Below are positions 31,580-43,459 of a stretch of DNA of 64,000 bases, in pieces (position 1 is the first letter of the stretch; every line of letters begins with the position of its first letter). Both the position numbers and the translations under genes were made by a program. The notes under the pieces were generated by a model that was not told the DNA's origin, searched no databases, and was given only the letters and a program-made list of their open reading frames with translations. This DNA is from a bacterium (GTDB lineage Bacteria > UBA8248 > JACPRG01 > G963555815): assembly GCA_963555815.3 (NCBI GenBank), contig CAUVWX020000002.1, positions 192,001 through 256,000 on the forward strand, given 5' to 3'.

Positions 31580-32059
31580 TCATCGATTCGGCTCAGTCAG
31601 GAGGAGCCGCAACGCCGCAAGCACCCGGCGTGGATGCTTGCGGTGCATCGCCATGCCAAGCCAATAAGCGGCTTCCTCGTGCCCCATGGCATCAATGCCT
31701 CCGGCCACCGCCCGCATGTTGCCGCGGCTGCGCATCGGAGCAAGCGCACGGAACAGTAGCCCCAGCGTCAGCGCCAAGTCTTCCGTCAGCGTATAGCCGT
31801 CCTTTCTGTTGTCCACGCCTCGCCCCAGCTTTACGCCGGATTGCGAAAGTCGCCTCAGCACCCGGTGTTCAACTAGTTCGAAGTTGCGGCCGCGGAGCCC
31901 AGCGACACGTAGCGGTGATACAACCTGCGGCGTAGCTGTTGTGGGCATCTTCCAAATTTCATGTTCGGTATCGACAGGGCCGTGACGGCGCACCCGCAGT
32001 TCGTACCGGGGTGCGGATTCCGGTGTCTCGATCTGGGTGATTCTCTCCAACCGCGCCAT
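31580..32059 (-). CDS. Small accessory protein of the DUF499 system, probable remote DUF3780 equivalent
   Basis: Sits between the DUF499 and DUF1156 genes; ATG abuts the upstream TAG; C-terminal EEAAYWLGM...ALRLLL resembles the EERWWL...ALR pattern of DUF3780. Confidence 0.75.
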   Translation of the reverse strand: MARLERITQIETPESAPRYELRVRRHGPVDTEHEIWKMPTTATPQVVSPLRVAGLRGRNFELVEHRVLRRLSQSGVKLGRGVDNRKDGYTLTEDLALTLGLLFRALAPMRSRGNMRAVAGGIDAMGHEEAAYWLGMAMHRKHPRRVLAALRLLLTEPNR

Positions 32060-35000
32060 CTACGTTTTTACCTCCGCCGTGGCCGACACATAAGCAGCGC
32101 CGCTCGCGAACCGGGATAAGCGCTCGGTGAGCTTCTCCGCCGCGTCACCCTGCATGGGAAGACCCTCGGCGTAGGTTAACTGGAAACCCGCCTCGAGATT
32201 CTTGGAGCTTGCGTCCCGCAGTTGAGGTTCCAGAAACTCCTTCACCGGTTGCGCGTCCGGGACCGGCCCTCGGAACTCCAACTCGAACGATCCGCCCTCT
32301 TGGGTTTCATAACCACCCGTGATTGTGACGCACTTGTCCGCCCCGGATACGGCCCCCACTGCGCCGAGTAGCCGGAAAGCATCGCCGGATTCGAACATGC
32401 GGATGGTCAAAATCCCGATGTTCTCGACCTTTTTCGCCCGTGCCTGCTCCCACAACTGGACCAAGGCCTCTTTGAGGACGCCCTCGGCGGTCAACGATCC
32501 GGGGGGCTTCACGGTAGGCTGGCCTCGAGGCGGCACCACAACGGAACCCGGCTTCTCACCGGGTTTGACGGTCTCTTCCCCGCCTGGGACCAGCGGCTCG
32601 GGGTCCCCCGGCTTTTTCCGGGGCCAGATGCCGGCATTCTTCGCATAGGCCATGGTGAAGATCACGGATTGCTCATCGATCATGATGCCGGCCGCTGGAT
32701 CGCCCGGCCCGAACAGCAAACCTCCGCGTTGGTAGACGTATTCGCCCTGTTCGATGCCGCGCCGTACGCCGCGAATGAAGAGATCGTCGCCGATCAGGAT
32801 AGGTAACGCCGGATCGCGGCGGAACTCGTCGCGAAGCGCCAACGTGGTGATTTGACCCTTCTTGAGCGGTGTGCGGTCGCGTACATAAGCAGGCGAGTCC
32901 GGCTCGTCCTCGGACAGACGCAACTTGTTCAGTTCGCGCAACGCCCGAACAATCTGTTGCTGGCCCGCTCCGGGCTGATCGGAGGTGGACTGGATGTCAA
33001 TTGCCGAATGGGCCAGATCGACCTCACTCGCACCGACCCGGTTGCGGGATGGGTAGAAAACATGCCGGTAGCACTGTTGAATTGCGATCGCGAGTTCATG
33101 CTCGGACCGGGCTTCCATCTCTCGCACCTGGTCCTGCTGATGCTCCGCCAAATCGGCGAGGCGTTCCGGTTTTTTTAGTTCCTGCAAGGCCAGGCGATGA
33201 TAGGCTTTGCGGTGCATCTCTTCCTTGCGGGCGTCGTCCGCGACCACGAATACCAAATTGTTTCGAAGGGCCCTCAGAGCCGAACCTTCCGAGCCTTTTC
33301 GGGTGTAGATTCGCTCGATCAGTTCAGGCACGTTCTCGACTGATCCACCGATGGTCACGCCGTCATAGGCCAGAACGGCAAGCTTCGGCCGCCCGTCGCT
33401 GACCTCGTCGGGAACGTCGAACGGACCCCAGGAAAGGACACCGTCTCAAATGTCTTGCCGCCGAATATCTCGCGGATGCGGTCGTTGAGGTGGGCGCGCG
33501 CTTCCCCGGCATCGACGTGGCGTTCCTCGCGCCGGATAATCTGGCGCAGATTGGCCTCGACGAGAAAGCGCATCGGCGCGACGGGGCGGTCGTCAAGGTA
33601 GGCGGACTCGGCGATGAACTTCTTGCGCGCTTCCTCGATAAAGCTGATGTCCGTCGTGGGACCCAGGATCGAATAGCGCAACTGCTCGGGCGATATCCCT
33701 TTGAGCGGGTCGTTGAAGGCCAACGTGTGAATGAAGATGGTCCGGGCAACGTAGACCGCATAAGGCGGCAGGCCAACGTGATGGCTGGTGTCGATCTCCT
33801 CTGCTAGTGCCTTCTTCCCGACCGATCCGGCGGCGACATCGTTGGCAATAGCCGGCAGGTAGGCCGACTGCCCGAGGCGGGTCACGAGTTCCTGGCGAAT
33901 CGGTTCGTAGCCCGGATCGATATGGTGAAGATGAATCGCAGCCGCATCCCCGGGTTTCTCCTCCCAAAGATGTGAGATGGTTCGGGCCAATAGCCGTAGC
34001 ATTCCCCGCACCCGCTGAAAATTGCCGAGCGTCGCGGTCTTGCCCGTCAGGGTTTCCAGAACTTCCGGGTGCAGAGGATAACTCGATCGGAAGGTCTCCA
34101 CGGTCTCGGGCCGGGCGGCATCATCCGCCAGGGACTCCGCGTTGGCTCTCCAAAGCGCCCGGTAGGCATCCGTAACCGCCGGAATTGCCGCCTCGTCAAT
34201 GGATTTGAACAGGCGGCGGCGGAGCACCTGAACCGTCTCGTCTTCCTCGGTGGGATTCAACAGCGTCGCCTTGCGCGCCGAGACGCTCTCCGCTTCGGCC
34301 ATGTGATCGGCGATGAACTGGTTTTTTTCGTTATAGGCGTCGGTTGCACGTCCGTCCTTGCCGATCGCCAACGTATAGACGAGGGCGGCCTCAGGCGCGC
34401 TTTCGACGGCCTTGAACAACGAGGTCAGGAACGCCGTCAACTGATCGCGGGCATCCTCGAGGTTGCGTACCTTGCGCAGGTAAACCGACAACTCGTCGAG
34501 CAGGATTAGGGTCGGCTCGCCGCCGAACAACTCGCGCAGGGTCTCGGCGCCGGGCGCGATGCAGCTTTCGTCGCTCTTGCGCACCCGCTCATACCCATCC
34601 TTGCCGGCAAGCGCATAAGCGATCTCCCCCCAGGGAGTGTACGCGAGAAGGCCTTCTTCCATCGTCCGGCCATTGGCCGGATCCGCGTTTTCACCATCGA
34701 ATGCGGCGATACGGACTCGGCTCTGCGGAAGAAGGGAAGGATCGACAAAATCCGCAATACCCGGCACACCCTGCATGCCACGGGCGGCATGGCACAACGC
34801 GATCAGACCATGGGTCTTGCCGCCCCCGTACGAGGTATCGAGCCGGAAAATAGACGCAACTTCACCCCCCGCACCGGTCAGCCGCCGGCACACATTGGCG
34901 AGCAGGTTCTTGAGGCCCCTTGTGGGATAGGTGTTGGCGAAGAACCGCGCCGGGTCGAGATATTCCTCATTCCCCTTGCCGATGATGACCTGGGCCAGAT

Positions 35001-35085
35001 CCGCAGCAAAATCGGCCTCGGTAATCGCTCCTTTGAGAACATCCTCGCGTGGCCGGCAGGTTTCGAATATTGTTGGGACCGTCAT
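32060..35085 (-). pseudogene. DUF499 AAA+ ATPase, frameshifted
   Basis: FAADL, YGGGKTH (Walker A), LLDE (Walker B), SYPLHPE, FQRVRGMLRLLA. Adding one G to the G4 run at 33426-33429 restores PGGPFDVPD and joins ORF 32060..33358. Confidence 0.88.
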
Positions 35086-35277
35086 TGTTTCCGCTCCGCC
35101 TGCTCTCCTGAGGTCATCCGGCCCGACCGCGTTCGCTTCGGTCCATGGGTCGATCTCGCTTTTCCTGAACCGCCAGGAGCCCCCCACCTTGAAACCTGGA
35201 ATCGCTCTCTGGGAAACCAATCGGTAAATCGTACGGGTCTTGACCTTGAGGTATCCGGCCACCTCTCGCACGGTCAT
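35086..35277 (-). CDS. Excisionase-like HTH_17 DNA-binding domain, in frame with the DUF499 ATPase
   Basis: MTVREVAGYLKVKTRTIYRLVSQRAIPGFKVGGSWRF; no stop before the DUF499 ATG, which has its own GGAG RBS. Confidence 0.8.
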
Positions 35278-35590
35278 GACGTCGGTGTCGATTATAGTTC
35301 AATCCGTGTCTCGATCAGGCCTATTTGGATCCGAATGGTAAAATATAGCAAAATTGGCAACGTGGATGACAGCGCGATCCTGTGGATCAGCGAAAAAATC
35401 CTTCGCGGCTTCGCGTGCGGGTGGATCGCGAACGTATGCACTAAACCACCATTGAGGTATTGAAATCGCTTATCGATGATCCACCGCTCGATGTGCGCTA
35501 AGAAGAAGTGATTCCGCGCGAAGTCGAACAGATTGCGATTTTCCTTTTTCCGTTGCTCTCAGAGACTTGCTATGCGGCGTTCCTCTTCCA

Positions 35591-35809
35591 TTACCCGGGC
35601 TCCCGGGCGGGCGCGACGGCTATAGTCCAATCGAGGAGCCGCCCTGCGAAGAGGTCCTTAAGAATGTCTTTGAACCGTTCAGTAAAATCCGCACGGCCGC
35701 GACCCCGGTCGTTGTACTCTTTGCTCTGTGGCGCAAAGATCAAGTGAAGACGGGGTTCCAGTTTCTCGGTGTACGGCTCTTCTTGAGCTACCGGCGAAGC
35801 GGACGGAAG
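35591..35809 (-). pseudogene. C-terminal fragment of an unknown gene cut off by the IS remnant
   Basis: Startless open frame LPSASPVAQEEPYTEKLEPRLHLIFAPQSKEYNDRGRGRADFTERFKDILKDLFAGRLLDWTIAV...; closes at the IS junction. Confidence 0.35.
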
Positions 35810-35823
35810 TGAGTAGCCTGCTG

Positions 35824-36461
35824 GTGACGTCTAAGCAGATTGGAGTGACCGAACAAACCTGCTACCGATGGCGGAAGGAGTACAGAGGGCTGCGGATGGA
35901 CCAGGCCAAGCGGTTGAAGAACCTGGAGAAGGAGAATACCCGGCTCAAGAAGCTGGTAGCGGATCTGTCTTTGGACAACCAGATTCTGAAAGAAGTCTCC
36001 TCGGGAAACTTCTAGGCCCGGCGAAAAGGAGGCACGCAGTGGAGTGGGTCGGAGAATGATTGGGATCTGAGCGAGTCTCCGAACGCCGGGCCTGTAAAGT
36101 ACTGGAGCAACCGAGATCGACCCAACGACGAGGTCGGCAAATCTCCGAAGAGGAAGCGCAACTAGTGGCCCGAATGGTGGATCTAGCCAGTCAGTACGGC
36201 CGATATGGCTACCGAAGGGTCACGGCCATGCTCCGGGGGGAGGAATAGAAGGGCCTTTCGGCTGTTGACCATCTTGGAGGAATACAGCCGAGAGTGCCTA
36301 GCCATTGAAGTCCAAAGACAGATGAAATACCAGGATGTGTTGGATCAGTTAGCGGAGTTGTTCGTGAACCGCGGGGGTACCCCAATACATAGGATCGGAC
36401 AACGGCTCGGAGTTCACGGCTGGGGCAGTCCGGGACTGGCTCAAGACGGCAGGAGTCAAGA

Positions 36462-36467
<6 letters not shown>
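35824..36467 (+). mobile_element. IS3-family (IS407-like) remnant, truncated at both ends and internally deleted
   Basis: orfA end EQTCYRWRKEY...LVADLSLDNQILKEVSSGNF with GGGAAAC orfA/orfB junction; orfB pieces [36 protein letters not shown] and SDNGSEF (shifted frame). No terminal IRs seen. Confidence 0.88.
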
Positions 36468-38010
<1,543 letters not shown>

Positions 38011-38173
38011 CGAAGAACGCTCGATATACGCCCCTCTCGAACGCATTCAGGCGCATCATTGGCAGAACGATGGATTTTTCTCCTGTTTTCTTCTCTGTGT
38101 CCAGAATGTGTCTCGTGACAATACGGCGTATTAGATGGACGTCAGACGCTAGTTCCTGGGTTCTAAAAGGCGC

Positions 38174-38203
38174 TTGACAGCCAGGGGGGGGGCTGGTTAT
38201 CAT
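38174..38203 (+). promoter_or_regulatory. Putative sigma70 promoter with a G9 tract in the spacer
   Basis: TTGACA-18 nt (G9 at 38184-38192)-TATCAT upstream of the MBL gene. Confidence 0.55.
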
Positions 38204-38273
38204 AAGAAGATATGGACATAAGGGAAGTATCGTTGACGGTCGGGAAAAGCGATTTCGGATTGAGGGAGGAGTC

Positions 38274-39233
38274 ATGTTGAAAAAGGCTGTTTTTACAATG
38301 CTAGGTGTGTTCGTGTTTTTGTCCCTGGGCTGGGCACAGCCCGAATACGCCCCCGTTCCCGACGGAGCGAAGGGTCCCGCTATCCCGGAAACGGGTTATT
38401 TGGTTTCGGGGATTAGCGACGGGGTTTATTGGGTGACTAACGGAGTCTATCAGGCGCTGATTATCACCACTGGGGAAGGCGTCATTATGGTGGATGCGCC
38501 TCCGAATATTGGGCCAAACTTGTCGAAAGCAATCTCAGATGTGACGAGTGAACCAGTCAAATTTTTTATTTATAGCCACGAACACAAAGATCACGTTGGC
38601 GCCGCAGCCCTTTTCTCCGAGGACGCAACCTATGTTGCCCATGAGAAAGTGGCAGAACACCTGGCGAGGGCCAACGATCCAAACCGGCCGGTGCCCTCGG
38701 TCACTTTTACGGACAAGCACACACTAAAACTGGGGAACAAGAGGGTAGAGCTATCTAATAAAGGGGGAAATCACACGCCCGGAAGCTCCTTTATCCACTT
38801 GCCGGAACAGAAGATATTGATGCTGGTTGACGTCGTCTACCCCGGCTGGGTGCCTTTTAAGAGTTTCGGTGAGGCGAAGGATGTGGGAAGGTATATCGAA
38901 GCGCACGATCAGATATTGGAGTACGACTTCGAGCACTTCGTCGGAGGACATCTCACTCGCCTGGGCACTCGCCGGGACGTCGAGATCGCAAAAGAGTACG
39001 TTTTGGATGTTAAAGCCAACGCTCAAAACGCGATTGAGACCGTTGATTTCTCCGCGATAGCAGGCGAAGTCGGTTTTGAAAACCCGTTCGCCCTGTTCAA
39101 GACCTACTTGGACACGGTTGCAGATACGTGCACCAAAGGGACGGTGCCTAAGTGGGTTGATAGATTGGGGGGGACGGATGTCTTTACCTTTGATCACTGC
39201 CTCTCGATGCACTTCCATCTGACCATAGACTAG
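38274..39233 (+). CDS. Secreted metallo-beta-lactamase-fold hydrolase
   Basis: Signal peptide; SHEHKDH (HxHxDH), NHTPG, GGH; GGAGG RBS. Confidence 0.9.
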   Translation: MLKKAVFTMLGVFVFLSLGWAQPEYAPVPDGAKGPAIPETGYLVSGISDGVYWVTNGVYQALIITTGEGVIMVDAPPNIGPNLSKAISDVTSEPVKFFIYSHEHKDHVGAAALFSEDATYVAHEKVAEHLARANDPNRPVPSVTFTDKHTLKLGNKRVELSNKGGNHTPGSSFIHLPEQKILMLVDVVYPGWVPFKSFGEAKDVGRYIEAHDQILEYDFEHFVGGHLTRLGTRRDVEIAKEYVLDVKANAQNAIETVDFSAIAGEVGFENPFALFKTYLDTVADTCTKGTVPKWVDRLGGTDVFTFDHCLSMHFHLTID

Positions 39234-39361
39234 AGAAGGCTCAATTATAGAATTGCCATGGGTTCACAAGCGGGGCTTGCCCTATCTGGCCCAGAGAAAT
39301 AAGTGGCGACCACTCTGGAGCTCATCTCCATCCGAATGACCTCTTGTCCTGTGGACTCCCT

Positions 39362-39770
39362 TTATTCATCCAGGACGGCGATGGCCTCGATCTCCACCAG
39401 TATGTCCGGGCGAGCGAGAGTCGCCTGGACCGTGGATCGGCTTGGCTTGTTGCTGCCAGGGAAATATTTGGCGTAGACTTCGTTCATGGCCTGGAAGTTT
39501 CGTATGTCGGCCAGGAACACGGTGCACTAGACCACGTCTTCCATCATGGCCCCGCCCTCTCATCATGGCCCCGCCCTCTGCGAGGACAGCCTGAACGTTT
39601 TTCATCACCTGATCCGTCTGGGCCGGGACGTCACCAAGATCGACCAAATTTCCCCGGGTATCCAGGGGTATCTGGCCGGACGTGAAAACGAACCTTCCTT
39701 GCTTGACACCTGGGGAGTAGGGGTTTTTGGGGACAGCGACACTTGAAGGCTGAAGGGGGGGCTTTGGCAT
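39362..39770 (-). pseudogene. RidA/YjgF family protein, inactivated
   Basis: PYSPG...FTSGQIP...NVQAVL...FQAMNEVY...RSTV...VEIEAIA; broken by a 19-bp tandem duplication and an in-frame TAG (EDVV*CTVFL). Confidence 0.88.
39542..39579. repeat. 19-bp exact tandem duplication
   Basis: CATCATGGCCCCGCCCTCT at 39542-39560 and 39561-39579. Confidence 0.95.
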
Positions 39771-40338
39771 CTTCCGTCTCCTATATAGAGTTGAAACCAG
39801 GTTGGTTGGAAAATATATCTCCCCGGGGAAAGGCGGATGAGGAGTGTAAGCGATGGGGGTGAAGGGCACAAGGGAGAATCCCTGACGATGGACCCATGCG
39901 TTGAGAAAAGAGCGGGGTTTGAAGGTGGGAAGCGAAGGGGTGGCTGAGCGGGCCAAGTGGATAAAGCGGCTTAGCCGACGTCGGCTCCGGATCCCACCCG
40001 GGGGGGAGATCCCTGAAAAGGGGAAGGATCCGCAGGCTGCGCGGCGGCTTGGCAAGGGGGAGGCGCGTCGGGCCCTTTACGACCCCGACGAGGCAGAGGA
40101 CGAGGGAAAATAGTTGGCCGAGGATGGGACGAATCTGGGGGAAGGGGAGGGGCCCCGGAGGACGCAATCGTCTTAGGGCGGATCCGGGCCTCGGGAGGGG
40201 CCCGGCGGATCCCGCAACCCATCCGTCTAGCCCATCTCCTTGTGAACCGTCGTCGAGAGATCATCGAAAGGAAAAGGGCGCGTTGAGGGAAGAGATCGAG
40301 GGCGCAACTCCCTGAGAGGCTTCTTCAGTGGGGGGGGA

Positions 40339-41601
40339 TTGGAACGAATGACGCTTCGACAGGCCACACTCAGCAACGGCATCCGCTTGGTCACCGAGGC
40401 CCGAGAGACAGAGGCCGTCGCCTTTCATATCTACTTTGGCTGCGGAGGCCGACATGAGCCTGACGAAGTGGTCGGTGTGTCCCACGCCCTGGAGCATATG
40501 ATCTTCAAGGGGACGCCGACGCGGACTCATTTCCAGATTGCCCAAGAGATGGAGGGGGTGGGTGCCTCCATCAACGCCAACACCGGGGCCGAGCGGACCT
40601 GCTATCACTTTCTGGCCCCGGCTGAGGTGGTCCCCCAGGTCCTGGAGGTCTACGCTGATGCCGTGAATAACAGCCTCCTTGATGACGCGGAGTGGGAAAA
40701 GGAGCGAAAGGTCATCCTGGAGGAGCTCAAGATGTATGAGGATATGCCCCGTGTCTGGGTCAGCGACCGCCTGGGGACCACCATGTTTAATCTTCAGGTC
40801 GGCATCATCGGAGACCGCGACACCATCGGGAGCATTGAGATCCACCACATGCGTGAGCTGATGGAGCGTTGGTATCGGCCTGAGAACGCCGTCATCTCCG
40901 TGGCAGGCCGAGTCGATCACGACTCTATCCTAGATCTCGTTGAGAAGGCCTTTGGGGAGCGATGGCAAAAAAAAGGTCCCCTTCCAACCCTGCCCAAGCT
41001 CCCCGAGAAGAGCCGCCAACGCATGTGCTCGATTGTGCGCCAGACAGACCAGGTGAATCTTGCCATCGGCTTTCGGGCCTACGGCCACACGCACCCAAAG
41101 CTTGCGGCGCTTCGACTCCTGAATGACATTCTGGGCGGCAAAATGTCGAGCCGACTCTTTGAAGAGGTCCGCGAGAAAAGAGGTCTGGCCTACAGCGTGG
41201 GCTCAAGCGTTGACCCGTTCACAGATACAGGCTACGTTGAGCTGAAAGCGGGGGTTGCCCTTGAGAAGACGGTGGAGGCGAGCCGCGTTATCCTCTCCGA
41301 GGCCGCCAGGCTTCGCGAAGAGCTTGTCCCGCAGGAGGAGCTCACGGCAGCCAAGCGCCACCTTCGGGGCCTCATCCTGGTCGAGGAAGAGTCGGCGGAA
41401 TTTGCGGGTCGAAACGGGTCGACTTGGCTTTTAGAGGGACGGGTCCGCACCGTGGAGGAAGAACTGGCCGAACTGGACCAGGTGGAAGTCGAGGACCTGC
41501 AACAGGTTGCCCAAGAGGTCTTTCGAGATGAAGAACTCACCGCTGCCTTCATCGCGGAGAAGGACCTGAGAGAAGATCTGGCGCCGGCCCTCCACATCTA
41601 G
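40339..41601 (+). CDS. M16 family (pitrilysin-like) zinc peptidase
   Basis: SHALEHMIFKGT (HxxEH), NANT, SSRLFEEVREKRGLAYSV. Confidence 0.94.
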   Translation: MERMTLRQATLSNGIRLVTEARETEAVAFHIYFGCGGRHEPDEVVGVSHALEHMIFKGTPTRTHFQIAQEMEGVGASINANTGAERTCYHFLAPAEVVPQVLEVYADAVNNSLLDDAEWEKERKVILEELKMYEDMPRVWVSDRLGTTMFNLQVGIIGDRDTIGSIEIHHMRELMERWYRPENAVISVAGRVDHDSILDLVEKAFGERWQKKGPLPTLPKLPEKSRQRMCSIVRQTDQVNLAIGFRAYGHTHPKLAALRLLNDILGGKMSSRLFEEVREKRGLAYSVGSSVDPFTDTGYVELKAGVALEKTVEASRVILSEAARLREELVPQEELTAAKRHLRGLILVEEESAEFAGRNGSTWLLEGRVRTVEEELAELDQVEVEDLQQVAQEVFRDEELTAAFIAEKDLREDLAPALHI

Positions 41602-41715
41602 CAGGGGGCCTTCGCGTTCACGTGCAGGAGAGGAGCAGAATTGGAGATATTTAAGGAAGGGAAGGCTTGTAAAATCCTGTGTGCCCCATAAAGCTCTCCT
41701 GGGGAGAAAGGGTTT

Positions 41716-43095
41716 ATGACTTCTCTCGCATCTTTCCGCCGCCGGGCGGCCCGTTGGCTCGTCCTTCCCCTTCTTTTCGCCACCCCGGGGATGGGAGCGT
41801 CTGAGGAATCCTCCTGCCCGGGGGGGGCGGCTCATTTCCTTGAAGCGGCCGAAGGCGCCGAGGACCCCGTCGCCCGGCAATCCCTTCTTCAGAAGGCGAT
41901 TGATCTTTGTCCTGAGGACCCCGAGCCTTATTTACTCCTTGGGCGTCTCTACCAGTCTTTGGACCTTAAGTCCAGGGCCAGGAGGGCTTACGCCGACGCC
42001 CTAGGACGGGTGCCGCACCTGCGGGAAATCCTTCGAGAGATGAGCGAGCTTGACCCCGGGAATCAAGGCGACTCCCTTTTGCAGGCCCTCCTCTCTTCCG
42101 AGGCCGGAGAGAGAGTGGCGCTTGCTCCCGAGGAGTCGGCCGAGGAATTGCTGGTGAAGGAGCCGACGGATCCCAAGGCGCGATTGACCCTTGCTGAGGA
42201 GCTGACGGGCCGGGGTCAAGAGATGTTGACTCAGAATCTGCCCGGTCTCCCCCTCATTCAAAGGGCCGTTGAGCTCGTCCCGGACTATGGAAGGGCGCGT
42301 GAGCTCTTGGTGGAACACCACCGGACGCTTGGGGATTACCACTACAACGGTGAGCTGTATGAAAAGGCCTTGGCCCAATACCTCCAGGGCCTTGAGTATG
42401 ACCCAGAGGATCCTCTTCTTCACCTCCAAGCCGCGGAGAGCTATAGCCGTCTCGAAGGCCGTGAGGAGGACGCCCTGGGTCACTATCGGAAGGCTGACCA
42501 GGTATTTGCCGCACGGGTTGAGGAGATGAGTGAAGAAGATCAGACATCTCTACGAGAGCGGATCAAACGCGGCCTGACTCGTCTGGACGATACGCAGCCC
42601 GAATACCGTCAGGCCCAGGGGGCCCGCGTTCACACCGAGGGAAGACAATTGCTCGCCCGGGGAGACTACGAGGCGGCCTCCAAGGTCCTGAAGGATGCCA
42701 TCGGCTGGACCCCTGGAAACGCCCTCATACACTTCGATCTGGCCACCACCCTGAAACAGCTTCCGCCCCACCGGGAGGAGGCCCTGCGTCAGTTTCAGCG
42801 GGCCTTGTCCCTCTTCGAGACCCATCCTCCGCCCGAAGCGGTTTCCCGGGTAGACCGGTTCAAGGCGCGAACCCAGCTCGAAATCGACCACCTGTCTGGT
42901 CAAACTGGATCCTTGGCCTATATCCTGCGCCAGCTGGCCGTGGGGGCTCAAGCCCGAGCCATCGAGATAGGGCTCTTCGTTCTCTCCTTCGGGGCCATCG
43001 CGGCCTACCTTCTGCGGGCGGGGATCCGCTTCAGCGATGGAGGAGGCGCTGATGCCCCCGATGCCGAGGTGACCGAGACCGATCCCACCCAATAG
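41716..43095 (+). CDS. Tetratricopeptide-repeat protein with signal peptide and C-terminal TM
   Basis: Repeated A..L.P TPR patterns; hydrophobic N-terminal and C-terminal segments. Confidence 0.75.
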   Translation: MTSLASFRRRAARWLVLPLLFATPGMGASEESSCPGGAAHFLEAAEGAEDPVARQSLLQKAIDLCPEDPEPYLLLGRLYQSLDLKSRARRAYADALGRVPHLREILREMSELDPGNQGDSLLQALLSSEAGERVALAPEESAEELLVKEPTDPKARLTLAEELTGRGQEMLTQNLPGLPLIQRAVELVPDYGRARELLVEHHRTLGDYHYNGELYEKALAQYLQGLEYDPEDPLLHLQAAESYSRLEGREEDALGHYRKADQVFAARVEEMSEEDQTSLRERIKRGLTRLDDTQPEYRQAQGARVHTEGRQLLARGDYEAASKVLKDAIGWTPGNALIHFDLATTLKQLPPHREEALRQFQRALSLFETHPPPEAVSRVDRFKARTQLEIDHLSGQTGSLAYILRQLAVGAQARAIEIGLFVLSFGAIAAYLLRAGIRFSDGGGADAPDAEVTETDPTQ

Positions 43096-43456
43096 ACGCG
43101 CAGAGGACCCGGAAGGGGGATTGAGAGGCTAAGGTTACCACCCAGCAGTCATTCTCCCAGCGGTCGAACCTCCAGATTCGGTCAAAGACATAGACGTGCT
43201 TGACCTCGTAGGTGCCCGGCCCGCTTCGGCGGGCGAGCCAGTCGTAGGAACGGGCGTCGACGTTGTAGGCCGAGGCGGTGAGGTTCGTAGGCAGGTGGAG
43301 CTGGACGATCTCAATGGCCCGGGTGCGCTCCCGGGCCTCTTGAAGGTTCTTCCACCAGCAGGTCCCCCCGATTACAAGGAGGGCGGTGGTGAGAAGACCC
43401 AGCCCCATGAGGAGTCCAGGACCGCGTGTCCGGGCGATTTTTGCCTCCCCCGACAT
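43031..43456 (-). CDS. Hypothetical membrane-anchored protein
   Basis: N-terminal TM helix; starts 4 nt after the GT2 stop; 3' end overlaps the TPR gene. Confidence 0.55.
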   Translation of the reverse strand: MSGEAKIARTRGPGLLMGLGLLTTALLVIGGTCWWKNLQEARERTRAIEIVQLHLPTNLTASAYNVDARSYDWLARRSGPGTYEVKHVYVFDRIWRFDRWENDCWVVTLASQSPFRVLCASIGWDRSRSPRHRGHQRLLHR

Positions 43457-43459
43457 GGC

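Noticed and set aside
39781..40315. Short ORFs between ridA and the M16 peptidase (e.g. 39901..40113)
   Set aside because: Low-complexity G-rich sequence with no recognisable motif or convincing RBS; coding status unresolved.
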